A program made the position numbers and the translations under genes. A stretch of 64,000 nucleotides of DNA, taken from assembly GCA_963667015.2 (NCBI GenBank), contig CAXXJJ010000004.1:2272001-2336000 (forward strand), written 5' to 3'. Below the pieces are notes generated by a model. The model was not told the DNA's origin and did no database searches. It saw only the letters and a program-made list of their open reading frames with translations. The stretch's first letter is position 1, and every line of letters begins with the position of its first letter. The DNA comes from Desulfatiglandales bacterium. GTDB taxonomy: Bacteria > Desulfobacterota > DSM-4660 > Desulfatiglandales > HGW-15. Of this stretch, positions 31,003 through 40,053 are shown one piece after another.

Positions 31003-31042
31003 TGCATATTTTTATGTGCACGGATGCACACTAAAATGTGCA
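31003..31042. promoter_or_regulatory. Tandem palindromic enhancer-like sites
   Basis: TGCATATTTTTATGTGCA and TGCACACTAAAATGTGCA, 22 bp apart. Confidence 0.5.
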
Positions 31043-31192
31043 AACACAATACGGGAGCAATACGAATTATTTTAACCTGTCAATTTCGACTGAGAGGAGA
31101 AATCCCTGTTTATAAAGATTTAGAGCCCTCTCCGGAGGGTTGGACTGGCAACAGGCTTATGAAACACGGCACCTCCGGCTGCAGAAGAGGCA

Positions 31193-31510
31193 CTATTTGA
31201 GTTCACGGCTTAGCCAGTTCAGGTAATCTTCATTTCCTTTTTCTATCATCAATGCAAGTATTTCAGGAACTTCATATTCATGAATCTTTTTGACCTGAGC
31301 CTCCAGTGCATCATAATGTTCTTCATTCGATTTGATTATAAGAAGCCATTCTTCCTCCTCTGCTATCTTTCCTTCCCACCTGTAGAGGCTTGTTACAGGC
31401 CCGCTGATCTGAACACAAGCTGCGAGCCTTTTATCAAGAAGCGTTCTAGCAATATCCTTTGCCTTTTCTTTTTCATTGATTGTAATAAAAACCTGAATAT
31501 ATTCTGTCAT
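31193..31510 (-). CDS. cutA: Divalent-cation tolerance protein CutA
   Basis: LLDKRLAACVQ, SLYRWEG, HEYEVPEI; start MTEYIQ after AGGAGA. Confidence 0.92.
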   Translation of the reverse strand: MTEYIQVFITINEKEKAKDIARTLLDKRLAACVQISGPVTSLYRWEGKIAEEEEWLLIIKSNEEHYDALEAQVKKIHEYEVPEILALMIEKGNEDYLNWLSRELK

Positions 31511-31650
31511 CGTCCTTTCTCCTCTTAAAGAATTACCAACCCTGTAATGACCATGCCTTGTCGCCACATTATTAATAATTGACACAGGGGAATCAATCCA
31601 ATATTATGCAAATCCTTAAAATAATAAGAAAATATGAAAGGAAAGACAAC

Positions 31651-32730
31651 ATGTACAAAATAGCGGTTATACCCGGAGACGGCACCGGCCCCGAAGTAAC
31701 AGCCGAAGCTCTCAAGGTTTTAAATACAGCTTCAACAAAATATGGGTTTAAGTACGAAACAACCACATTTGATTTTGGTGGAGAACGTTATCTGAAAACA
31801 GGTGAAACCCTGTCTGACAGCGATATTGAAGAATTGAGAAAATATGACTCTATCCTGCTGGGTGCAATCGGGCATCCTGACGTGCCGCCGGGAATTCTGG
31901 AAAAGGGAATCCTGCTCAAGGCGCGTTTTGAGCTGGACCAGTATATCAACCTCAGACCTGTCAGGCTCTATCCCGGGGTGGACACCCCCTTAAAAAACAA
32001 GGGACCCGAAGAAATAGACTACTGTGTAATCAGGGAAAATACAGGCGACCAGTACACAGGCGCAGGCGGCTTTACCATGAAGGGCACGCCTCACGAGGTA
32101 GCTATCCAGACAGCAGTTTATAACAGGCACCAGGTTGACCGCTGCCTCAGGTACGCCTTTGAATATACAAGAAAATACGGGAAAAAGGCCCGGGGGAAAG
32201 GCGACAATAACACCCTTGCACTTGTTGGAAAAACCAATGTGTTAACCTATGTATATGATCTGTGGAACCGTGCATTTCATGAAATGGGTGAAAAGGAATA
32301 TCCGGATATAAAAAGGGAATATTACCATGTTGACGCCACATGCATGTGGATGGTTAAGAGCCCTGAGTGGTTTGATGTGCTTGTCACTGGAAACATGTTT
32401 GGCGACATTATTACCGACCTCGGAGCAATTACACAGGGCGGTATGGGGCTTGCGGCCGGCGGAAACCTCAATCCCGAAGGTGTAAGCATGTTTGAACCCA
32501 TTGGTGGTTCGGCACCTAAATATACAGGCAAGGGGGTTATAAACCCGCTGGCAGCCATATGTGCCGCAGCTATGATGATTGAATCCCTTGGAGAACAGGA
32601 GGCTGCAGATAACATAGAGGAATCTGTAAAATTTGTAACAGCCAACAAACTGGAAAGCATGGATGCGGGTCGGATGGGTTACAGCACAGGCGAGGTTGGT
32701 GACCTTGTCTGTGAAAAAATGGTAGCCTGA
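31651..32730 (+). CDS. leuB: 3-isopropylmalate dehydrogenase
   Basis: PGDGTGPEV, NLRP, RENT, NMFGDIITD, FEPIGGSAP. Confidence 0.88.
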   Translation: MYKIAVIPGDGTGPEVTAEALKVLNTASTKYGFKYETTTFDFGGERYLKTGETLSDSDIEELRKYDSILLGAIGHPDVPPGILEKGILLKARFELDQYINLRPVRLYPGVDTPLKNKGPEEIDYCVIRENTGDQYTGAGGFTMKGTPHEVAIQTAVYNRHQVDRCLRYAFEYTRKYGKKARGKGDNNTLALVGKTNVLTYVYDLWNRAFHEMGEKEYPDIKREYYHVDATCMWMVKSPEWFDVLVTGNMFGDIITDLGAITQGGMGLAAGGNLNPEGVSMFEPIGGSAPKYTGKGVINPLAAICAAAMMIESLGEQEAADNIEESVKFVTANKLESMDAGRMGYSTGEVGDLVCEKMVA

Positions 32731-32828
32731 TTTTTTAAAATTATCTTGACATTTTTTGTGTGCGGATTTAAATATCCTGACACTTCAAACAATATTAAAT
32801 CAAACCTGTTGAAAGGAGGCGTGTATTA

Positions 32829-32888
32829 ATGAATGTGGCAATAAAAAAATCGATTGCAGTATTGCGCCCCGAGAGGTCGGCAGGCTGA
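32829..32888 (+). CDS. Putative leader peptide MNVAIKKSIAVLRPERSAG
   Basis: AAAGGAGG RBS and ATG; TTGACA at 32746; followed by a terminator ahead of rsgA. Confidence 0.6.
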   Translation: MNVAIKKSIAVLRPERSAG

Positions 32889-32915
32889 GATCATATCTCT
32901 GATACAGATCAATAT

Positions 32916-32947
32916 AAAGGCTGCTCCTTACGGGCAGCCTTTTTTTA
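32916..32947 (+). terminator. Terminator/attenuator in the rsgA leader
   Basis: AAAGGCTGCTC-CTTAC-GGGCAGCCTTTTTTT. Confidence 0.8.
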
Positions 32948-33080
32948 TTCTGGCCCGGGCGCAATATGAACCCGGGGTTTTCCTCTAGGGCAAACTCCTA
33001 AACTATTACTATATAAAATCACCTGTTTCATACAGAGATATATGAAGCAGTTTAATCCGGGTTTAATACAGGAGTTTAAA

Positions 33081-34172
33081 ATGAATTTAGAAGATTTAGG
33101 CTGGGACAGCTACTTTAAAACACATTATGAAAAACATACAGACAAAGACGACCTTGAGCCGGCTAGAATTACACAGGAACATAAGGGTTCATATGTAATG
33201 ATCAATGCTGATGGGGAATACCTGTCAGAAATTTCCGGCAAAATGCGGTATACGGCAAGAGGCTACAGCGATTTTCCGGCTGCAGGAGACTGGGTTCTCA
33301 CCAAAATATTTCCCGAAGAAAAAAAGGGAATAATACATGCTATCCTTGAAAGAAAAACAAAATTTTCACGAAAGGCTGTTCTTTCAGGCGGTATGCCCGA
33401 TTCACAGGGAAAAACCGAAGAACAGGTGATCGCAGCAAACATAGATACAGTTTTTATCGTGAACAGCATGGACAGCGATTTCAGCCTTAGACGTATAGAA
33501 CGATACATGACCAGCATCTATGACGGCAGCATGAATCCGGTAATAGTGCTGAATAAATCTGATGTTACCGATGATACAGATGACTATATCAATCAGGTTG
33601 AATCAATTGCCTTTGGTGTTCCTGTCATAGCGGTCAGCGGTCTTACTGGTGCAGGACTCGATGGTCTCAGGAAATTTATTCACCCAGGAGAGACGGTCGT
33701 GTTTTTAGGTTCTTCAGGAGTGGGAAAATCAACCATTATAAACAGCCTTACCGGTACAGACAGGCAAAAGGTAAGTTCAGTTCGTGAATCAGACCATAAG
33801 GGAAGACACACGACAACAGCAAGGGAACTGATAATATTGCCTGAAGGGGGGATATTAATAGACACCCCCGGAATGAAAGAATTTCAGCCATGGAAAGGAG
33901 AGAAGGATACAGGCCGAGCATTTGGAGACATTGAATCATTTGCCCGAAAATGCCGTTTCAAGGACTGCAGTCACGAAACCGAGCCGGGTTGTGCAGTACA
34001 AGAGGCACTGGCTAACGGAGATCTGGACCCCGGAAGATACAGAAACTACATGCAGATGAAAAGAGAAGCAAGATATCTTGAGACAAGGGTGGAGAAAAGG
34101 GCAGAACTAGCTGAAAAGAAAAAATGGAAGGATATTGCAAAATTACAGAAGTATTATAAAAAAAACCAGTGA
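33081..34172 (+). CDS. rsgA: Ribosome small subunit-dependent GTPase A
   Basis: NKSD, GSSGVGKST, GRHTTT, DTPG, CRFKDCSHETEPGC zinc finger. Confidence 0.93.
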   Translation: MNLEDLGWDSYFKTHYEKHTDKDDLEPARITQEHKGSYVMINADGEYLSEISGKMRYTARGYSDFPAAGDWVLTKIFPEEKKGIIHAILERKTKFSRKAVLSGGMPDSQGKTEEQVIAANIDTVFIVNSMDSDFSLRRIERYMTSIYDGSMNPVIVLNKSDVTDDTDDYINQVESIAFGVPVIAVSGLTGAGLDGLRKFIHPGETVVFLGSSGVGKSTIINSLTGTDRQKVSSVRESDHKGRHTTTARELIILPEGGILIDTPGMKEFQPWKGEKDTGRAFGDIESFARKCRFKDCSHETEPGCAVQEALANGDLDPGRYRNYMQMKREARYLETRVEKRAELAEKKKWKDIAKLQKYYKKNQ

Positions 34173-34201
34173 TATCCTTCATGCAAGGCCGGATAACCTA
34201 G

Positions 34202-34240
34202 TTCCATTAGAGACAGGTTTTAAACCTGTCTCTAATGGAA
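34202..34240. repeat. REP-like palindrome
   Basis: 19-bp perfect arms TTCCATTAGAGACAGGTTT-T-AAACCTGTCTCTAATGGAA. Confidence 0.75.
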
Positions 34241-34416
34241 AATCCAGTCACCCCCATAGTCATTCTGCGACTTGATCGCATAATCCAGGTTTTTTATTTG
34301 TAGTCACCTTAAAATCTTTTATACCTGATATATTGACTTACCTGCCACTTTCACTACACTGTGGATAAATTACAGATTACCTTTAATCACCTATATCGAG
34401 GGGAGGAAAATCTTAA

Positions 34417-34859
34417 ATGCCAAAATCAGAACACGGGAAATATATAATAACAAAACCCAGAAAGGACGTTGCGATACCCGACTGGGCAGGAAATCTTTCA
34501 CAGGAAAGAAGCACCCGTATGTTTTATCTGGACAATGATGTTATCCCGGGGGCCTTTTATATGGAGGTGGTATGGTTCTGGCCCACGGATCAGAAGGATG
34601 ACAGCAGCCCTGATCCGCACTCGCATGATTGTGATGAGGTCATAGGTTTCATGATTGTGATTCATAGGGGACAGACCCGAACGATTTAAATGATCTGGGT
34701 GCAGAGATTGAATTTTATATCGATGGTGAAAGAAACCTTATGAGGGAAAGCTTTCTGGCATTTATCCCGGCAGGAGTCGAGCACTGCCCATTGAATATAC
34801 TCAAAATAACAAAACCGGTATTCCATTTTGCTACAATACCACAGAAAAATTATGGGTAA
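34417..34859 (+). pseudogene. Frameshifted cupin-like protein
   Basis: PHSHDCDEVIGF continues in the -1 frame as TDPNDLNDLGAEIEFYIDGE...IPAGVEHCPL...YG*; duplicated CATGATTGTGAT at the break. Confidence 0.75.
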
Positions 34860-34871
34860 CCATCATTCTTA

Positions 34872-36008
34872 TTAGGGTAAATTTATTAATTTCTTAACAA
34901 CAGGTTTTGGCTGCCTGTTTTTATCATACAGCAGGGGGTAATTTGTTCTTCCGGGAATCGGGTAGCCGTTCTTCCATGACATCCCATCGTGCACCCCCCA
35001 GAAGGTAACCCGGTCAATTTTATCCCGTTTACTGTAAAAGATCCTGAATAATTCAACATATCTATCAGACAACTGCTGCTGTATATCATCAGGGAGCCCC
35101 TCGGAATATGGATCAAGGAATTCCTTAAACTCTTCAAGCTGAAACTGTTCATGGCTCATAACAGAACCTATGATCTGTCCCTCTTTTGTTAACGGCAGAA
35201 CATCCACATCCAGCTCGGTAATCATTACCTTTATACCAAGTGACGCATAGGCATCGATTGCGGCCTCGATATACTCTGTTTTGGGATAATTGAGACCCCA
35301 GTGCCCCTGGATTCCGACACCATCTATCCGAATACCTTCGGCCTGCAGCATTTTTACCATCCGGACAATACCGTCTCTTTTTGCGGGCCGCCAGGCATTG
35401 AAATCATTATAATAGAGCTCCGCGTCTGGCGCAAATTCATGGGCAAACCTGAAGGCCAGTTTTACAAGTTCATCACCATCCCCTATTCCCTTGACCCATT
35501 TTGTCGGCCGGTATGAGCCGTCATTATCAATCACTTCATTAACAACATCCCATGCATCGATTCTGCCGGCATAGCGCCCTGCAACAGTTTTAATGTGTTC
35601 CCGCATACGCTCGATCAGGGCCTCGCGGGTTTTGGGATTTCCGTCCTTATCCATGAAAAACCAGTCAGGTGTCTGGTTGTGCCATACCAGGGTATGACCG
35701 ATTATGAACATGTTATTTTTCTCACCGAATTCAACATATTCATCAGCCGGTGCAAAATTGTAGATCCCGGGTTTAGGGTTGATGGGTCCTGCCTTCAGGG
35801 CATTTTCCGAAGTAATTGAATTGAACTGTTTAAGTACGATATCCTGTGAGGCCCGGTCCCATCCATTGACAATGGCTTCATTCAAGGCGCTCCCAACCAG
35901 AAATGAATCCCTGTATGCGTCTTTTAGAGTTAATGCCTTGTCAGGTGTTATGTGCATACAGCTTATGAAAGCCAGAAATATACCTGCCAGCAGGATGTAT
36001 ATTTTCAT
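34872..36008 (-). CDS. GH10 endo-1,4-beta-xylanase, probable lipoprotein
   Basis: TSENALK, GHTLVWHNQ, WDVVNE, YYNDFN, QGHW, ITELD; lipobox FISC. Confidence 0.92.
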   Translation of the reverse strand: MKIYILLAGIFLAFISCMHITPDKALTLKDAYRDSFLVGSALNEAIVNGWDRASQDIVLKQFNSITSENALKAGPINPKPGIYNFAPADEYVEFGEKNNMFIIGHTLVWHNQTPDWFFMDKDGNPKTREALIERMREHIKTVAGRYAGRIDAWDVVNEVIDNDGSYRPTKWVKGIGDGDELVKLAFRFAHEFAPDAELYYNDFNAWRPAKRDGIVRMVKMLQAEGIRIDGVGIQGHWGLNYPKTEYIEAAIDAYASLGIKVMITELDVDVLPLTKEGQIIGSVMSHEQFQLEEFKEFLDPYSEGLPDDIQQQLSDRYVELFRIFYSKRDKIDRVTFWGVHDGMSWKNGYPIPGRTNYPLLYDKNRQPKPVVKKLINLP

Positions 36009-36083
36009 TATCTGATATCCTTTTTTTAAATATGAACTGTTCAAGAGGGCGGCTTCCTAATGGCTCGAAAGTCATTTACAAGA

Positions 36084-36521
36084 TTAATCGCTAGTCCCAA
36101 GCTTTTGCAATGCAATAACATCAATTTTATCTTTTTCGCGGTGAGATTTCTTCTTAACGTCAATTAAAGCTTTTCTATTGAGGAAATATATACCCTGCTC
36201 CGAAATGCTTGTTTCCGGCAATAATTCATCATAGGTTTTTTCATTAAGCAGCGTAAAAATATCCAGGGGAAAATCCTCAATAATTCTTATTGCACCTGCT
36301 GAAACTGGAAAATCACTAACTTCAAGTTCTTCTGCGTATCCTTCTCCCCAAGCCTTAAGTATAGCCAGCATTTGTTTGATGTTTCTATCAGATGATTCAA
36401 TTAATATATCAAGGTCATCGGTAGCCCTGACAAAACCGTTCAAGGCACAAGCAACCCCGCCAACAACGATGAATTTTACCTGACCACCGGAAAGCGCCAG
36501 TAGAAGTTCTTCAAAATCCAT
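36084..36521 (-). CDS. Nucleotidyltransferase-fold protein
   Basis: IVVGGVA...RATDDLD; K...REKDKID tail. Confidence 0.8.
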   Translation of the reverse strand: MDFEELLLALSGGQVKFIVVGGVACALNGFVRATDDLDILIESSDRNIKQMLAILKAWGEGYAEELEVSDFPVSAGAIRIIEDFPLDIFTLLNEKTYDELLPETSISEQGIYFLNRKALIDVKKKSHREKDKIDVIALQKLGTSD

Positions 36522-36523
36522 TT

Positions 36524-36688
36524 TTACCTGCTGCCGACAATCTTTCGATATACAGTATCAGAACTTTCATACGTATTTTTACACCCGAGCTTTTTTAATG
36601 CCGCGTTTAGTTCCTTTAATTTCTGAAGGGGTTTTTTATCAGCATATTTGCCTACTGTTTTTTTTATCTGGTCGTCCTGTGGATTCAA
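36524..36688 (-). CDS. 54-aa basic hypothetical protein coupled to the nucleotidyltransferase
   Basis: GAGGA RBS, TTG start, MNPQDDQIKKTVGKYADKKPLQKLKELNAALKKLG...; stop 2 bp before the next ATG. Confidence 0.55.
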   Translation of the reverse strand: MNPQDDQIKKTVGKYADKKPLQKLKELNAALKKLGCKNTYESSDTVYRKIVGSR

Positions 36689-36887
36689 TTTTTCCTCTTA
36701 ATATGATCAGGTAGCTGACAATTTAAGATGATATAATAGAATTATTAATAATGATAAACTATAGTAAAATCGGTATATTTGGTCAATACTATAAAAATTC
36801 TTATTAGGAACATAATCGAGTTGGTTTCTGACGGATCAACAAACAGACTAGAGAGTAGAGGAATTACAGTACTACTTATTTCATATA

Positions 36888-37454
36888 TCAAATCAGCTGC
36901 TCTGCTGCCTGAACAGCCAGCTCCATAACTCTTTCATCTTTAACCGCATCCCCGATATCCCTTATTCCACAACCCCTGATGGTTTTTACTTCTGAAAACG
37001 CATGTCGCTTAAGCATCATTTCAAGCTGCTTAGGTATATCCTGAAACATACTGTCAGGAGCTCCCTGAGTTATTACAATCAGGGCCTTTTTCCCTTTAGG
37101 AAGCCTTGATGGGTCTGGACTGGTTTTAAAATCCGGGGTTAAAAATGAAAAGGTGCGGTCAATAAAGCATTTTAACTGGCCTGATACTCCTCCCATATAA
37201 ACGGGTGTGGCCAGCACCATGATATCTGTCTCAAAAATGGAGTCCAGCACGGGTTTAAGGTCATCCTTAATAACGCATCTGTCATTACCTTCTTTGCAGG
37301 CCATACATCCCTGGCAGCCTTTAAAATCCATAAAATTCAGATTATAGGATTCAATATCTGCACCTTTCTTGAGAGCAGTATCACAAAATCTTTTTACTAT
37401 TGCAGAACTGTTGCCTTTCTGCCTGGGACTTCCTAAAACGGAAATTATTTTCAT
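36888..37454 (-). CDS. Flavodoxin family / iron-sulfur flavoprotein
   Basis: GSPRQKGNS, CQGCMAC...C, TPVYMGGV. Confidence 0.9.
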   Translation of the reverse strand: MKIISVLGSPRQKGNSSAIVKRFCDTALKKGADIESYNLNFMDFKGCQGCMACKEGNDRCVIKDDLKPVLDSIFETDIMVLATPVYMGGVSGQLKCFIDRTFSFLTPDFKTSPDPSRLPKGKKALIVITQGAPDSMFQDIPKQLEMMLKRHAFSEVKTIRGCGIRDIGDAVKDERVMELAVQAAEQLI

Positions 37455-37523
37455 TTTATATACTCCTTTTTGAAAAATTATGATTATAATATTCAATAAA
37501 CTTAATAAAAGGAAGGGAATATT

Positions 37524-37877
37524 ATGATCACGTCACTTGAAGAAATAAAAAAAGACAAAGACCTTGTATATTCCATTGACTGGGAAATGACGCCTGAGCA
37601 GGCAGTTCGAGTTTATCTTGAATGGGGTAATATCTATGCGAGGGGAGATGCCACCCGTGTTCAGTCCAAGGATGACCATACAATATACTTTGTGGTTAAC
37701 TGCTGGGATAAACCCTATTACATCTATCTTCTTAAACGAAACTCCCAGGAAGCCCTTGAACTGGCAAAAATAGAACTGCCAAAGAGATTTGAAAAACCCA
37801 TATGCGAACTTAAGGGAGTATACGCCCCTGAAGAGGATTTAAAGGATTGGCTAAAAAAGGAACTTGATGTTGATTAA
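37524..37877 (+). CDS. DVU0772 family protein
   Basis: IDWEMTPEQAVRVYLEWGN, YFVVNCW, GVYA. Confidence 0.75.
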   Translation: MITSLEEIKKDKDLVYSIDWEMTPEQAVRVYLEWGNIYARGDATRVQSKDDHTIYFVVNCWDKPYYIYLLKRNSQEALELAKIELPKRFEKPICELKGVYAPEEDLKDWLKKELDVD

Positions 37878-37896
37878 TCAGCGGAGGAGGCTCAAT

Positions 37897-38526
37897 ATGA
37901 ATTTCAAGGATATTGTAAAAAATAGAAGGGCAGTCAATTATTTTGACACTCAAAAAGATGTTCCTGAAACACTCATCAGGGAAATAATAGAAACAGCGGC
38001 AAACTCACCCTCAAGCTATAACCTCCAGCCCTGGAGTGTTATGATCCTGAAAGGACCTGAAGAAAAAGCACGTCTCAGGAAGCTGGCATTTGATCAGCCA
38101 AAGGTCACTGAGGCGCCCTATGTTTTTATCATTCTTGCCGACAGGAACGGCTGGAAAGAAGGGAACTCATTCGCTGAAAAAAATTTTATTAAATCAGTTG
38201 AATCCGGAAAAAAAAAGGAAGATGAAAAGGACAGCTATCTTAATACGCTGAAGGCACTATATGGCGAAACCGCAGAAAAGCAGCAGGCCTTTGCGGTAAA
38301 AAATACCGGTTTTTTTACAATGTCGCTTATGTACGCAGCAAAGGAACTGGGACTGGATACACATCCCATGGATGGCTTTGATCATGATGCTGTAAAGAAG
38401 GAGTTTAATATCCCTGAAAATTACTGGATACCCCTGCTGCTTGCGGTCGGGTATTTTGACGAATCAAAAAAACTATACCCGCCAAACTGGCGGAAAACCT
38501 TTGATGAGATAGTTGTAACGTTTTAG
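37897..38526 (+). CDS. Nitroreductase family protein
   Basis: RRAVNYF, PSSYNLQPW, GLDTHPMDGFD. Confidence 0.92.
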   Translation: MNFKDIVKNRRAVNYFDTQKDVPETLIREIIETAANSPSSYNLQPWSVMILKGPEEKARLRKLAFDQPKVTEAPYVFIILADRNGWKEGNSFAEKNFIKSVESGKKKEDEKDSYLNTLKALYGETAEKQQAFAVKNTGFFTMSLMYAAKELGLDTHPMDGFDHDAVKKEFNIPENYWIPLLLAVGYFDESKKLYPPNWRKTFDEIVVTF

Positions 38527-38569
38527 TATTGCTTGCAAATATAACAAGGACATCATTTTACTCCAACTC

Positions 38570-38619
38570 CGGGCAGACACACCCTCCGTAGCTAAATCAA
38601 TGGCGGGTGTGTCTGCCCG
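38570..38619. repeat. Inverted repeat (REP-like / terminator)
   Basis: 15-bp arms CGGGCAGACACACCC...GGGTGTGTCTGCCCG followed by a T-run. Confidence 0.7.
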
Positions 38620-38794
38620 TTTTAGTAAAGAAAGAGGAGGAAACAAGGCTTGACAAGCCGGAGCTCAATCAATTAGAGTTGGCATCCAAACAGGTTCTTT
38701 AGCTATTGCAAATATAGATCAATATATTGAATTTAATAAACATTTACATTATTTTATGCGAATGACATAAATACAGAATGGAGGAATAATCAGG

Positions 38795-40036
38795 ATGAGT
38801 GAAGAGAAAAAACCCGCCAGAAAGAAGTTCGAATGCCAGGGACTGTACAATAAGGTAATGGCAAACCATTTTTACGAACTTGATGAGGCATCAAAAACTG
38901 GTTCCCAAAAAATTGCATGGTGTACCAGCGTAGGGCCTGCCGAGCTTCTTAGAGGAATGGGTTTTTTAGTATATTTTCCGGAAAACCACGGCGCAATGCT
39001 CGGTGCAACCAGATCTGCAACAGATTTAATCCCCTATGCAAATGCAATAGGCTATTCACCGGACATATGCTCTTATCTGACAGCGGATATTGGTTCTTTT
39101 TTACAGAAAAAGACTCCCCTGACCGCTGCCTATAAAATGGAATCGGTCCCAAAACCGGATGTACTGGTCTTTAATACAAACCAGTGCCGTGATGTACAGG
39201 ACTGGTTTGCCTGGTATTCAAGGGAACTAGATGTCCCGATGATGGGAATCCATACCCACAGAGATATAGGAAATATTAAAGAATTTCAGGTCAGTGACAT
39301 AGCAAAACAGACAGAAAATCTTATCCCGGGGCTGGAAGAGATCAGCGGAGAAAAATTTGATATGGACCGCTTTAAAGAGGCTGTTGAGCTGTCCAGACAT
39401 ACATCCGTGCTCTGGAGATCCTGCCTTGAAGCCTCGTCAGCAATACCTTCTCCCTGGACATTTTTTGATGCCACCATCCATATGGGCCCGGCAGTTGTTG
39501 CAAGGGGCACCCAGGAAGCAGTTGACTATTATGAGGTGCTTTTAAAAGAGCTGAATGAAAGGATAGCTAACGGGGTTGCAGCAATTGAAGGCGAAAAACA
39601 CAGAATTTACTGGGATGGAATGCCAATCTGGGGAAAACTGAGTACCCTTTCCAAGCAATTTTCCGAACTTCAAACATGTATAGTGGCATCAACCTACTGT
39701 AACAGCTGGATATTTGATCAGCTCGACCCCAATGATCCCTTTGAAAGCATGGGCCGGGCCTATATAGAATTATTCATAGTAAGGGACGAAGCCTATAAAG
39801 AACAGTATATACGGGATTGTTTTGAGAAATACAAATTCGATGGAATGATTTTCCACGATGCCAAAACCTGCCCTAATAATTCAAATAACAGATATGGCCT
39901 GCCCGAGAGAATCGGAAAAGAGCTCGGGGTTCCCCAGTTGACAATAAACGGCGACCTTAATGACCTGAGATGCTATTCGGAGGAGCAGACAGTAACAAAC
40001 ATCGAGGCATTTATAGAACAGCTGGATGAAGCCTAA
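38795..40036 (+). CDS. 2-hydroxyacyl-CoA dehydratase / benzoyl-CoA reductase family subunit
   Basis: PENHGA, GYSPDICSY, NQC, KTC, TNIEAFIE. Confidence 0.85.
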   Translation: MSEEKKPARKKFECQGLYNKVMANHFYELDEASKTGSQKIAWCTSVGPAELLRGMGFLVYFPENHGAMLGATRSATDLIPYANAIGYSPDICSYLTADIGSFLQKKTPLTAAYKMESVPKPDVLVFNTNQCRDVQDWFAWYSRELDVPMMGIHTHRDIGNIKEFQVSDIAKQTENLIPGLEEISGEKFDMDRFKEAVELSRHTSVLWRSCLEASSAIPSPWTFFDATIHMGPAVVARGTQEAVDYYEVLLKELNERIANGVAAIEGEKHRIYWDGMPIWGKLSTLSKQFSELQTCIVASTYCNSWIFDQLDPNDPFESMGRAYIELFIVRDEAYKEQYIRDCFEKYKFDGMIFHDAKTCPNNSNNRYGLPERIGKELGVPQLTINGDLNDLRCYSEEQTVTNIEAFIEQLDEA

Positions 40037-40053
40037 GGGGCAAAAAATTTATT

